Assembly: GCA_964408705.1 (NCBI GenBank)
Contig: CAYPAI010000004.1
Span: 57-64,056, forward strand
Length of the DNA: 64,000 bases
Direction: 5' to 3'
DNA from: Candidatus Woesearchaeota archaeon
Lineage (GTDB): Archaea; Nanobdellota; Nanobdellia; SCGC-AAA011-G17; PNOQ01
The notes under the pieces were generated by a model. It had not been told where the DNA came from, did no database searches, and saw nothing but the letters and a program-made list of their open reading frames with translations. Of this stretch, positions 9,045-18,883 are shown in pieces. Both the position numbers and the translations under genes were made by a program. The number at the start of each line of letters is the position of its first letter. The first letter of the stretch is position 1.

Positions 9045-9999
9045 TACTTATTTTGTGTTTGTATAGTGCGTTTATTTTAAAAAATGAGTTCATGCATACA
9101 TTATAGAATGGTGCAGAAATTATTAATTTGGATATAGGTCTCATTAGAAGAGTTATAAATAATAGGCCCACTATCAATCCAGATATTTGCAACCCACTTG
9201 TTATTATATACACCCCAAAATAACATAAATAAAACACCCTGAATAAACTTATGAATGATTCCATTGTTACACTTAGCGTTTTAAATCTATTTTTATTTTC
9301 CACCCTTTTTTTCATATTCCTTTCTAAATGGTTTACTAATGTTTTTCTTGTTAAATTATTTGAGGCATTAGTATCTGCCAATTTTCTTACAATATATCCA
9401 AAATCTGGTTCAGAAAAATCTTTTTCATCATTATTTGAAGTTATGGCTATTCTTTTACTTATCAGATAAAAAATAAAAAATATTGGAGATGCATATATCA
9501 AATATTGGAGTAGAGTTTTATCAAAGAAAAATATTATTATTCCAATTATAACTATCTTAGTAAGGTCCATCAAGTTATAATATACTGTTTTTACTAGCTT
9601 AGAATATAGAAAAATATGTTTTGTAAACAAATCAGATTTTTTAAATGCTAAAATGTTAAGTTTATCTACATATTTTTCAATCATTAATTCTTTTATTCTT
9701 TTTTCTAATTTTTCAAAATATTTTATTTTATATTTTTCAATTATCAAATCTGCTGTTAGTTTAATGATATACACAAAAATAAAAATAAGTGTAAAATTGA
9801 ATAAGAGGGTTAAACTTTCTTGTAAGTAAAGGTATTTTAAGTATAACTGAGTTATTATTGGGAATGATGCGTAAATTAGAGTAGATATAAATGATAAAAA
9901 TAAAATGGTGTATATTTTTCTTTTGTTAAATAAAATTATTTTTTTGAAATATGGATTTTTTAATATAAAGTATAAATTAGAATTATATTTATTATCCAT
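9022..9999 (-). CDS. Polytopic membrane protein of unknown function.
   Basis: 325-aa ORF with multiple hydrophobic helices. Its stop overlaps the start of the PLD-like gene by 23 nt, which suggests an operon. Confidence 0.5.
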   Translation of the reverse strand: MDNKYNSNLYFILKNPYFKKIILFNKRKIYTILFLSFISTLIYASFPIITQLYLKYLYLQESLTLLFNFTLIFIFVYIIKLTADLIIEKYKIKYFEKLEKRIKELMIEKYVDKLNILAFKKSDLFTKHIFLYSKLVKTVYYNLMDLTKIVIIGIIIFFFDKTLLQYLIYASPIFFIFYLISKRIAITSNNDEKDFSEPDFGYIVRKLADTNASNNLTRKTLVNHLERNMKKRVENKNRFKTLSVTMESFISLFRVFYLCYFGVYIITSGLQISGLIVGLLFITLLMRPISKLIISAPFYNVCMNSFFKINALYKHKISIENGKKE

Positions 10000-10250
10000 T
10001 TTAAAAAATTTTAGTAAGTGATTCCTTTCTTATCATGCTCCCGCACCTTAAAAAATCTTCAGATTGTTTTTCTCTTGGAAAAACAAACACACAATCACTT
10101 ACTAAACTTATATTGGTAAAACACCAACGAAAATCTTTTGAAAGATTATGATTTTTTAATTGTTAATTGTTAATACACTTCACTATATTTATATATTTTT
10201 TTATACTCTAGTAGTTGTTTTAAAAATTAATCTGTTTATTCACAGTTATA

Positions 10251-10260
10251 TTTATATATT
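10251..10260 (+). promoter_or_regulatory. Putative archaeal TATA box about 25 nt upstream of the 10280 start, implying a leaderless transcript.
   Basis: tttatatatt lies at -29 to -20 relative to the ATG. This spacing is typical of archaeal leaderless mRNAs. Confidence 0.3.
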
Positions 10261-10279
10261 AGTAACAATTTTATAGGTC

Positions 10280-12754
10280 ATGAAAAGAGGTATGTTAATT
10301 TTATTTTTGTTTAGTATTTTATTTATTTCGGGATGTGGACCTCAACAGTCAAGAGATGTTTTGAGTGCCGAAAAATTAGCTAGAACTCAGATAGATAGGA
10401 GTTTTAGTGATGGGTGGCAGTATGATTATGATTTCCAGCCAGACTGGCATGATGATTTCTGGGATCACTATAATAGTGCACGTATAGAAATGTGTTTAGC
10501 TGGTGACGATCAGGCTTGTGAAGATGTACCCCAATGGGAGTTTGAGTGTTATCAAAATCATCATCCTTGTGAACAATGGCCACAGTATGAAACTGGGGAG
10601 TGGGAGTGTGGTATTGGTGAATGTGGGGCTAGTTGTGGAGAGTATTTAGCTTGTGATGATGGTAATCCTTGTTCAAAAGATAGTTGTTCAGATCATCAAT
10701 GTGTCCATGAATATATGGAGCCTGGTCAAATGTGTGCTTATGGAAATACTTATAGTGGTGATAATAGTTATGGTAATTATCATAGATGTGTAACTGTTAC
10801 TGAAGCTTCTCTTACTGAGTTTGAAGCTGCATATTATTCTCCTCAAGGGGATGAGCTAGTGGAAAACGCATATTTAACAGAGACTATTGTATGTAGAGAG
10901 GCAGGTCAAGTTGGAGATGTTTGTGATGTGGATCTTAATTGTGCTGGTGCCGAAACACCAATTCCAACTGCTTTTTGTGATGATATAACTAATTCAAATA
11001 ATCCTACTTGTCAACTTCATCATTGTGGAAATGGGGTTGTTGAATCTCAGTTTGATGAAGAGTGTGATAATGGAGGATCAAACGATTGGTGGGGTTCAGA
11101 GTGTCTTCCTAACTGTAGATTGCCTAACCGAGAATCTAGAAGTAGTGTTAATATTCAAAATACAGGAATTCCTTGTGATTCAGATAGTGATTCTATTACA
11201 GAAGATAATTGGTATTGTCCTACTGAAATAGATGGTTTCATTACTCCTGATACAGAATGTTATCATGGTTTTAATATATGGGATGCAGGAACAATTGATG
11301 CAGAATTTTATAATTCAGGGGAAGGTCAAAGTGATAGGTGTGTAGATGGTCCAATGGGACTTAAATTCCTTGAAGAATATTGGTGTGATCTTTCTGAAAA
11401 TTGTAATGGTCAAGGATGTGTAATGAAGATGAGTAATATAGATTGTGCGGCATTAGTTATAGATCCTGAAACTGCAGAAGTAGATCCTTCAGTAGAAGAT
11501 TATAGTATAGTTTGTCCAGATGATGACAACCCTACTGCTCGTCCTCAATGTGTAGGTTATCCTTCTCCTCCAGATATGCCAAGTTGTGGTAATGGAATAT
11601 GTTCTGTTGAAGAATGTGTATGTTCTGATTCTGGTGATGAAACTCCTGAGTGTAATGGTGCAACTTGTGAATGGGAAGATTGTTTAACTTGTCCTGAGGA
11701 TTGTGGCGTTTGCCAAGGTAATGGAGAATGTGATAATGGAAATGGTAATGTTGCTAATGCTGGAGAAACTTGTTATATGGATTGTGTAGACTCCAATGGA
11801 GATGGCTCTCCAGACACAGATACTTGTCTAAGTCAAGATCTTTCTGGTGATAATTGTGGAAGTTGTTTAAATGATGAACACTGTGGTCCTTTTGAAACTA
11901 TTCAAAATTCTGCAGCATGTGCTATAAGTGATGAATTTCCTCTTTATGGTTATTTATATGTAGGAGGAATGGATGATGATTGGGGATGTGGACCTACAAC
12001 TTCTAGTAAAATGTATTGGGGAGGAGGACTTGATTCAGGAGCATTTAGTTGGGGCGATTGTGGTTGGTCAGGATCGGAATCAACAGATGGTTGTGTAAGT
12101 TTTGCTATGGAAGATGATTGTGGCTGTGGATGGACATGTAAGACATTTGGAACTGGATGTGATGATTGTTCTAAAGGAATTCATCAAAGAGGATATATTA
12201 TAGACTTTCAAAGATTGGGTTCATCTCAACCATTCACATACGGTAGTTTAAGTAACTGGGCAGCTTCATATGATGCTACTCAACCTGGAAATTGGTGGGA
12301 TTGGACTGGTTCTGATGCAGCATGTGTTCATGATGATCATAGATATTATCAAGGTATGGCCTCTCATGATAATTGGGCAACCTATTTATGTGCATTAGCT
12401 CAGAAACCTAGTGGTGCACAACTTTACAAATGGTTAAAGTGTGATAAGAATAATAAAGATGAAGTGCATTATGATACTCTTCATCAAAAAATGTATACTT
12501 GTACTGAAGATACTGTAGCTTGTACTTCAGGGTGTAGTGGTTTTACAAATTTTAAGAAGTATATATGGGAAGAATCAAGTTTCCTTGCAGGAAATTGTGG
12601 ACCAGGTAATATTCAAGAATTATATAGGCCTTCAGGCACTAGAGGAGATGAGGAATATAGATGTGTTTCATATGATATGAGTTGTAAGACTGAAAGAACA
12701 GGCCATTGTGGCGTTGAGCCTTATACTAAATACATGTGGGAGAAAGTTAGGTAG
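10280..12754 (+). CDS. Giant secreted, Cys-rich, acidic and Trp-rich lipoprotein with CGNG...EECD-type cysteine repeats.
   Basis: 824 aa. The leader MKRGMLILFLFSILFISGCG carries a lipobox (ISGC). Repeats include CGNGVVESQFDEECDNGG and CGNGICSVEECVC. The protein is very rich in Cys, Asp and Trp. Confidence 0.8.
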   Translation: MKRGMLILFLFSILFISGCGPQQSRDVLSAEKLARTQIDRSFSDGWQYDYDFQPDWHDDFWDHYNSARIEMCLAGDDQACEDVPQWEFECYQNHHPCEQWPQYETGEWECGIGECGASCGEYLACDDGNPCSKDSCSDHQCVHEYMEPGQMCAYGNTYSGDNSYGNYHRCVTVTEASLTEFEAAYYSPQGDELVENAYLTETIVCREAGQVGDVCDVDLNCAGAETPIPTAFCDDITNSNNPTCQLHHCGNGVVESQFDEECDNGGSNDWWGSECLPNCRLPNRESRSSVNIQNTGIPCDSDSDSITEDNWYCPTEIDGFITPDTECYHGFNIWDAGTIDAEFYNSGEGQSDRCVDGPMGLKFLEEYWCDLSENCNGQGCVMKMSNIDCAALVIDPETAEVDPSVEDYSIVCPDDDNPTARPQCVGYPSPPDMPSCGNGICSVEECVCSDSGDETPECNGATCEWEDCLTCPEDCGVCQGNGECDNGNGNVANAGETCYMDCVDSNGDGSPDTDTCLSQDLSGDNCGSCLNDEHCGPFETIQNSAACAISDEFPLYGYLYVGGMDDDWGCGPTTSSKMYWGGGLDSGAFSWGDCGWSGSESTDGCVSFAMEDDCGCGWTCKTFGTGCDDCSKGIHQRGYIIDFQRLGSSQPFTYGSLSNWAASYDATQPGNWWDWTGSDAACVHDDHRYYQGMASHDNWATYLCALAQKPSGAQLYKWLKCDKNNKDEVHYDTLHQKMYTCTEDTVACTSGCSGFTNFKKYIWEESSFLAGNCGPGNIQELYRPSGTRGDEEYRCVSYDMSCKTERTGHCGVEPYTKYMWEKVR

Positions 12755-12839
12755 TCATTTATAAGGCCTAGTTAATTAAGAATATAGAAATGTTTATATA
12801 TTCGATGTTACATTGTGACATTATAAAGGTGATATCATT

Positions 12840-13322
12840 ATGAAATTTGTAATAAACTTTGAAAAAAAACATTTTTATTCTAGTTTACTTATTTTGGTTG
12901 TTATTGGTGCTGCAAGTTTTGTTTTTGCTGCATATAATCCAGGTCATCCTGGAGATGATATATCTGTTAATTTTAATGGTGAAGTAATGTCTTTGTCTAC
13001 TGCAATGGGTCAATTGAGTGGTGCAGTGAGTGATGTTGAAGCAGTTTCTACTTCGTGTTCTATTACTAGTACAGACATGGGAAATTGTGATCAGGTTGGT
13101 GAATGTGATTGTGAGGTTAGTTGTCCTAGTGGAAAAAAAGTAATTTCTGGTGGAGCTTATATTAATGATCCTACTGATGAAACATGTGGCTTTTCATATA
13201 GTGGTCCTTCTTCAGATGGTTCATCGTGGAAAGTAGGAATGCTTCCAAGAGATCATTGTGGAAACCTTGGTGCTTCTAGTGGTGCAATAACGGTTGTAAC
13301 TACTGCAGTTTGCGTAGGTTAA
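12840..13322 (+). CDS. Small secreted Cys-rich protein with an N-terminal signal anchor.
   Basis: 160 aa. Hydrophobic N-terminus LLILVVIGAASFVFAA. Lies between the two giant genes. Confidence 0.55.
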   Translation: MKFVINFEKKHFYSSLLILVVIGAASFVFAAYNPGHPGDDISVNFNGEVMSLSTAMGQLSGAVSDVEAVSTSCSITSTDMGNCDQVGECDCEVSCPSGKKVISGGAYINDPTDETCGFSYSGPSSDGSSWKVGMLPRDHCGNLGASSGAITVVTTAVCVG

Positions 13323-13342
13323 TAATTATATAAATTTGAAAA

Positions 13343-16300
13343 ATGGAAAAAGGGATAAAAGAGGTAAGAAAAGGGACGTATAATAATTTAGTTTTAGGTT
13401 TAATGTTAGCATGTTTAGTTATTTTTTCTGGTTGTGTAGGAGATTATTCTCCAAGGAATGCAGGTGCTATTAGTTTAGAAGAGAGTTATAAAAATGAGTT
13501 TAACTCAAGAGGATGTGCTGATTCAACCGATGTTAAGTTTCTTGAAGTTAATGCTCGTTCGAATAAATATTCTGCTTCTTGTCATGATATGAGAACCATA
13601 TTGAGAAGTAAAACCTTATCTCAAAAACTTATGGATCCTAATGTTGCTAAGTATTGGGCAATAACTGATAAAGAAGTAAATTCTGCTGATTTTAAAAATT
13701 CCTTAAAAGCTTTTTCGGCGTTAGAGGACAAGCTTAGTATTACTACTATTTATTCTCATCTTGATAAAAATTTGAAGAAAGATGGAACTTATTATAATAG
13801 TGTTTTGACTGATGTAAAGATACCTACTTGTTTAGATGGTAATGTTCTTATGATGGAGTATACTGATACTGGAGATAAAGAATGTTTTACAAGTGAAGAA
13901 ATTGAAAAACAACTTTTACTTGGTTCTAAAACTGTACTTGGTAAATTTGGAAGAGATGTTTTAAAAATAAAGCCAGATTATTCACCTGGAATTTCAAGTA
14001 AAGGGCCAAGTAAATCATGGGTTCAACGTAATTGTCCTTGGTGTGATGATCCACAGTCTAAATTGAAAGAACTTTCATTTATGGATAAGATGAATGACCC
14101 TAGGGTTTTGAAAACTTTTGCTACACCTTTTGGTTCAGGAGTTATGCTTTGGGAAACTGAGCAAGGTGGTTATGAGGTCGCATTTACAGATTCAAAAGGA
14201 CATGGTAAAGATGGAAGTCCACAACCTCAATTAGTATATGAAGGTTTATCAGGTTTACAAATTTTTGGAAATAAAGTTGTAAATTATGATCTTGGAAAAC
14301 TTAGTGAAGATAGAGTAAGATGTAAAACATATGAAAAAGTTGATTATAATTCAGGATGGGCTGGTGAAGCTTTCCCTAAAGATCTTCTTGGAAAATTAAG
14401 TAAGATTGGTCATGATTGTATAGTTCAACCTCCTAAAAGGAATGGAGAAGTTATTGGGGGATCCGCTTCAATAGGTATTGTAGATATATTGGAATGTGAT
14501 CAAATGAATATAAATGGAGAATGGATAGGTGGAGATTGTAATGGAGGAAATGGTCCTACAGGTTGTCAAGTAGGTAGTCCTAATTATTGTTCAAATACTG
14601 GAGATCCTTGTTGTGGAGGAGATCATTGTCTTAAGGATGAAGATTATATTTGTGAAATATCTGATGATACTACTGAGTTGTGTAATTTAGTTGATGTTTG
14701 TGGTGCTGCAGCAGAAGTTAGTGGATGGTACAAAACTTGTACTGGTGCTAGTCCAGCTTGTCCTTCAGCAGGATGGCAGCAATTTGAAGGTATTTTAGCT
14801 GATGACGATTGTGGTCCTTATTCAGTTTGTGGTTATGAAGATCCTGAAACTTCTTTAGATCCATCATGTAAAGTACCTTTACAACAATGTGGTCAAGGTT
14901 CTGGTTCATTATTCTTTCAGGATGGAGAAGATGGTCAAATTTTAGGTTATGATCTTCGAGGAGATCTTAAATCAACAACAGATGCAAAAACAGGAACTAA
15001 AGAGTACCATGATACTAGAAGTAGAACTAATACTTGTGAAGATATAAGTTTAACAGGTGTAAAACCTGATGGAACTACTAAATATATTCAAATGGGACAG
15101 TGTGCTTGTTCTAATGATCATCCAGATGATTGGAAAATAATGAGTGGATGGTATCATGATGCAGTAGCTGCTGGAAGTGGTGAAAGCGAAAGTATATTTG
15201 CATATGATCAAATGGGTTGTGAAAATGATGCTATTGCAGAAGATTGTGGAGAGAATGCAATTCCTTTATGTTATTTGACAACATATACAGGTATGGATGA
15301 TCCATGGTCTTCAGGTTTTGAAGACAAAGGAATAGCAGTTGATAATATGGAATTACCATGGACATTTGTAGACCAATATGGTAATGGCCAAACTTATACT
15401 ATAACTGAAGATGATGTTCAAAATTCACATACTGGTTATTGTGAATGTCCTGAGGGAGTTGTACCTACTACTGCTTGTGATGGACAATTATTAGATGGTG
15501 ATGGAAATGTGATTGATAGTTGTTCAATGTCAGAAGATACTACACCTTATTGGACAATTGATTTTGGTAATAAACATGGTGCACAGAATCATTTATGGGA
15601 AATAGGTCCTTGTCAAGATGGAGAAGGAGTATTTTGTGTAGGTGATGGTTATTGTGAGACTGCATGTGATAGCGATGAAAACTGTCCTGTATTTGAAGGA
15701 GAGAGTCTTGGAATGTATGAATCTTATTTCAATTCACCAGATGATTGTGATCAACATTATTTATTGAATTTTGAATTAAGTACTATGGCTGAACCACATT
15801 CATTAGATGCACTTGGTGTGTGGTGGGGCGGAGAAAATGAATGTAGAGATACTGATTGGGATTGGGATTGGTTATTCTTTGATGAAATATTTAACGCTTA
15901 CGCTTGGGAAAGGCCAGATAATGGATATGCATTTAATGCTGAAACTAGTCAAGAAAGTCAATGTGCTGAAGGGTTCAAGAAGATTTATTGGACAAACTAT
16001 AAAGATACTTATCTTTTTAATGGTGTTGGAGAATTATTCACAGATTCAGATGTTGCGCATATAAGTAATTTTGGTGATACTGAGTGGGCCTCATTCCAGG
16101 AGTCAGATATATATGATGTTCGTTATACAGATTATTATACTAATGATGGTTTAGAACTAACAATAAATGATCAGTTGGCTGTTCCTAATATGTTTGGTTT
16201 TAACACTTACTATAAATTAAAGGCATTTATAGCTGGTGAAGAAGACGATTGGGGTGGAGAACATTGTGGAGGCTGGGGATCAGATAGTCAATCTGATCAA

Positions 16301-16840
16301 GCACATTATACAGTTATGGCTACAGGTTTAAATTTCAAATCATTAAACCCAGAAGGTACATTTGATCTTGGTGAAGCAGGATTCGAAAGTTGTAATGACG
16401 GAGAAGCTGGTGCTTGCAATCTTAAGGCATTAGGTGTCGGTATGACTTGGTGGGGAGATGAAAATAATCTTTGGTATACTATTGGTATAGAAGAAGGATC
16501 TGGAGAGTGGGAACCTTCTGCATGGGAAGATTGTGGAAACTTGTATAGCGCAGATGAAAACAATGAGATAGTTGGACCATGGGATGAAACCTGTCATGTA
16601 GATATACCTGCTGCATTTAATTGGGATGGGGAGTTTGATTATACTTCAGCTAATTTAGATGATATGTCAAGTTGGAGTCCGACTACAGGTGAAGACATTA
16701 CAGTTTATGACTATGATTCTGCAGACTCAGAATGGTTAAATGATATGAATCTAGTTAATAGATGGTATTGTTGTACAAATAACGCAGATAGAAATCGTGA
16801 AAGCGTAGTTTTAGGATGTACAACTGAAATATCTGCTTAA
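13343..16840 (+). CDS. Giant secreted Cys-rich lipoprotein (1165 aa).
   Basis: The leader ...LMLACLVIFSGCVGD carries a lipobox (FSGC). There are Cys-rich modules and Trp-rich acidic segments (WWGGENECRDTDWDWDW, MTWWGDENNLWY). Confidence 0.8.
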   Translation: MEKGIKEVRKGTYNNLVLGLMLACLVIFSGCVGDYSPRNAGAISLEESYKNEFNSRGCADSTDVKFLEVNARSNKYSASCHDMRTILRSKTLSQKLMDPNVAKYWAITDKEVNSADFKNSLKAFSALEDKLSITTIYSHLDKNLKKDGTYYNSVLTDVKIPTCLDGNVLMMEYTDTGDKECFTSEEIEKQLLLGSKTVLGKFGRDVLKIKPDYSPGISSKGPSKSWVQRNCPWCDDPQSKLKELSFMDKMNDPRVLKTFATPFGSGVMLWETEQGGYEVAFTDSKGHGKDGSPQPQLVYEGLSGLQIFGNKVVNYDLGKLSEDRVRCKTYEKVDYNSGWAGEAFPKDLLGKLSKIGHDCIVQPPKRNGEVIGGSASIGIVDILECDQMNINGEWIGGDCNGGNGPTGCQVGSPNYCSNTGDPCCGGDHCLKDEDYICEISDDTTELCNLVDVCGAAAEVSGWYKTCTGASPACPSAGWQQFEGILADDDCGPYSVCGYEDPETSLDPSCKVPLQQCGQGSGSLFFQDGEDGQILGYDLRGDLKSTTDAKTGTKEYHDTRSRTNTCEDISLTGVKPDGTTKYIQMGQCACSNDHPDDWKIMSGWYHDAVAAGSGESESIFAYDQMGCENDAIAEDCGENAIPLCYLTTYTGMDDPWSSGFEDKGIAVDNMELPWTFVDQYGNGQTYTITEDDVQNSHTGYCECPEGVVPTTACDGQLLDGDGNVIDSCSMSEDTTPYWTIDFGNKHGAQNHLWEIGPCQDGEGVFCVGDGYCETACDSDENCPVFEGESLGMYESYFNSPDDCDQHYLLNFELSTMAEPHSLDALGVWWGGENECRDTDWDWDWLFFDEIFNAYAWERPDNGYAFNAETSQESQCAEGFKKIYWTNYKDTYLFNGVGELFTDSDVAHISNFGDTEWASFQESDIYDVRYTDYYTNDGLELTINDQLAVPNMFGFNTYYKLKAFIAGEEDDWGGEHCGGWGSDSQSDQAHYTVMATGLNFKSLNPEGTFDLGEAGFESCNDGEAGACNLKALGVGMTWWGDENNLWYTIGIEEGSGEWEPSAWEDCGNLYSADENNEIVGPWDETCHVDIPAAFNWDGEFDYTSANLDDMSSWSPTTGEDITVYDYDSADSEWLNDMNLVNRWYCCTNNADRNRESVVLGCTTEISA

Positions 16841-16880
16841 TTTCTTTTCTTTTTCTTTTTCTTTTTCTTTTTCTTTTAAA
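16841..16880 (+). repeat. Simple pyrimidine (CTTTT/CTTTTT)n repeat and oligo-T tract directly after the giant gene stop. This is a likely archaeal oligo-T terminator.
   Basis: The sequence is tttcttttctttttctttttctttttctttt. Confidence 0.4.
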
Positions 16881-16894
16881 GACATATTAGAAAC

Positions 16895-16903
16895 TTTTAT
16901 AAA
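16895..16903 (+). promoter_or_regulatory. Putative TATA box for rpl15e, about 29 nt upstream of the ATG (leaderless-type spacing).
   Basis: ttttataaa is centred about 29 nt before ATG 16928. Confidence 0.35.
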
Positions 16904-16927
16904 TTAGTCAAATTCTCAAGAAGTATT

Positions 16928-17497
16928 ATGTATAAATATATTCGTGAGTTGTGGAAGAGTCCTTCAAGAGAAGTATTGAGAAGTAGATTAATAGCTTGGA
17001 GAAGAGATCCTGCATTAGTTAGAGTGGAGAAACCAACTAGATTAGATAGGGCTAGAACATTAGGGTATAAAGCAAAACAAGGATACGTTATAGTTAGGAT
17101 TAAGATTTCTAGAGGGAAAAGGCAAAGAGAATTAATTAAGAAAGGTAGAAGGTCTAAACATAGGAGAAGGAAGAAGATAGTCGGAAAGAGTTACCAGTGG
17201 ATTGCTGAAGAAAGAGTTTCCAGAAAGTATAAGAATATGGAAGTTTTAAATTCTTATGAAGTTGCTAAAGATGGAAAGAGCAAATGGTACGAAGTTATAT
17301 TAATAGATAGAGATCATCCAACTATAAAGAGGGATCAAAGAACTAAATGGGTGTTAAATAAATCAAATGTTGGTAGGGCCTTTAGAGGTTTAACTTCGTC
17401 AGGTAAAAAAAGTAGAGGATTAAGAAATAAAGGAAAGGGTGCTGAGAAAATAAGACCTAGTTTAAATTCTAAAGCTAACAAAAGAAGAGCAAAATAA
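16928..17497 (+). CDS. rpl15e: Large-subunit ribosomal protein L15e.
   Basis: [54 protein letters not shown] is the characteristic L15e N-terminus. The C-terminus is basic. Confidence 0.9.
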   Translation: MYKYIRELWKSPSREVLRSRLIAWRRDPALVRVEKPTRLDRARTLGYKAKQGYVIVRIKISRGKRQRELIKKGRRSKHRRRKKIVGKSYQWIAEERVSRKYKNMEVLNSYEVAKDGKSKWYEVILIDRDHPTIKRDQRTKWVLNKSNVGRAFRGLTSSGKKSRGLRNKGKGAEKIRPSLNSKANKRRAK

Positions 17498-17773
17498 TTA
17501 TATTCTATACACTTTAAATTTTACATTTTTTGATTTTAATTTTTTTAATTTATTTCTGTTAATCAAAAACATAATGGCTCCTGCAATACTTAAGGCCATT
17601 AATAATGTTGTTCCAAATACTCCTGCAAGAATTAATAATCCTCCAATGAGTGGTGCAAATAATGACATTATTAAACTATTTTTAAAACTAAATCCCTTAT
17701 CATATAAAATAAAGAATGCTATGAAGGCTATAAGTATAGAAGAATATAATATTGTCTTGTAAATCATATTCAA
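17498..17773 (-). CDS. Small two-TM membrane protein.
   Basis: 91-aa hydrophobic ORF. Confidence 0.35.
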   Translation of the reverse strand: MNMIYKTILYSSILIAFIAFFILYDKGFSFKNSLIMSLFAPLIGGLLILAGVFGTTLLMALSIAGAIMFLINRNKLKKLKSKNVKFKVYRI

Positions 17774-17787
17774 AACAATTATAAACT

Positions 17788-18855
17788 ATGCATATAAGGC
17801 TTTCTGTTATGTTATTAAAGGAACAAATAGAAGAGTTTAGAGATTATCTTAAGAAGTCTGAAAATCCATTATTTTTATTTGATGATGATCCGGATGGGAC
17901 TTCATCATACTTACTTCTTAGAAAGTATATAAATAAAGGTAAGGGAGTTATGGTAAAGGCTAAACCAGTAGTTGGAGAAGAATATTTAAGAAAAGTTCAA
18001 GAAAATTCTCCTGATTTGATTGTTATTTTAGATATGCCTATGGTTGACCAGGAATTTATAGATAAAGTTAATGTCCCTATTATATGGTTAGACCATCATC
18101 AACCTGTTAAAAGGAAAGGAGTACATTACTATAACCCTAGAATGAATCCTCCAGAAGATAATAATCCTACAACTTATTATTCTTATAAGATTTCTGAAGA
18201 ACAAAATACTTGGATTGCTGCAGTAGGTTGTTTTGCAGATTGGTATTATCCAGATTTTGTAAATAAGATTTATTCATTGTACCCTGGATTAATTCCAAAG
18301 AATGAAAGTAAGAAACCAGAAGAAGTATTATTTGGTTCAAGATTGGGCGATCTAATTAGGACAATCTCTTTTTTGTTAAAAGGAAGTATTACTGAAGTTA
18401 ATAATTCTATAAATGTATTATCTAGGATAGAAAGTCCTTTTGAAATCCTGGATCAAACTACTTCGAGAGGTAAATATCTTTATAAAAAAGTAGATGGCTT
18501 GAGAAAAGAATATAATCTAGTTTTAGATAAGGCTCTCAAAACTAAAGAAAGAGATGATATTTTGGTTGTAGAGCATCCAAAAACTAGACACTCTTTTGTT
18601 AGTGAGTTATCTACTGAATTAAGTTATAGGACAAGAAAAACTTTGATTGTTACAAGAGAAGACAAAGATAGAATGAAAATGAGTATTAGAAGTACTGATA
18701 CACATCTTCCTAAACTGTTAAATGAGGCTTTAGTCGGGCTTGATGGTTATGGTGGAGGACATGAGCTTGCATGTGGTGCAAATGTTAAATTAGATCATTT
18801 TCCAGAATTTCTAGAAAGATTTAAAAATTTAGTAAAGAGTAAATCTTCTAGGTGA
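17788..18855 (+). CDS. DHH/DHHA1-family phosphoesterase (NrnA-like nanoRNase/pAp phosphatase or RecJ-like).
   Basis: DHH-domain motifs DDDPDG and LDHHQ are present. A DHHA1 motif GGGHELACGA lies near the C-terminus. Confidence 0.75.
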   Translation: MHIRLSVMLLKEQIEEFRDYLKKSENPLFLFDDDPDGTSSYLLLRKYINKGKGVMVKAKPVVGEEYLRKVQENSPDLIVILDMPMVDQEFIDKVNVPIIWLDHHQPVKRKGVHYYNPRMNPPEDNNPTTYYSYKISEEQNTWIAAVGCFADWYYPDFVNKIYSLYPGLIPKNESKKPEEVLFGSRLGDLIRTISFLLKGSITEVNNSINVLSRIESPFEILDQTTSRGKYLYKKVDGLRKEYNLVLDKALKTKERDDILVVEHPKTRHSFVSELSTELSYRTRKTLIVTREDKDRMKMSIRSTDTHLPKLLNEALVGLDGYGGGHELACGANVKLDHFPEFLERFKNLVKSKSSR

Positions 18856-18883
18856 TACTATTAAAAAAATTATATTATTATTT

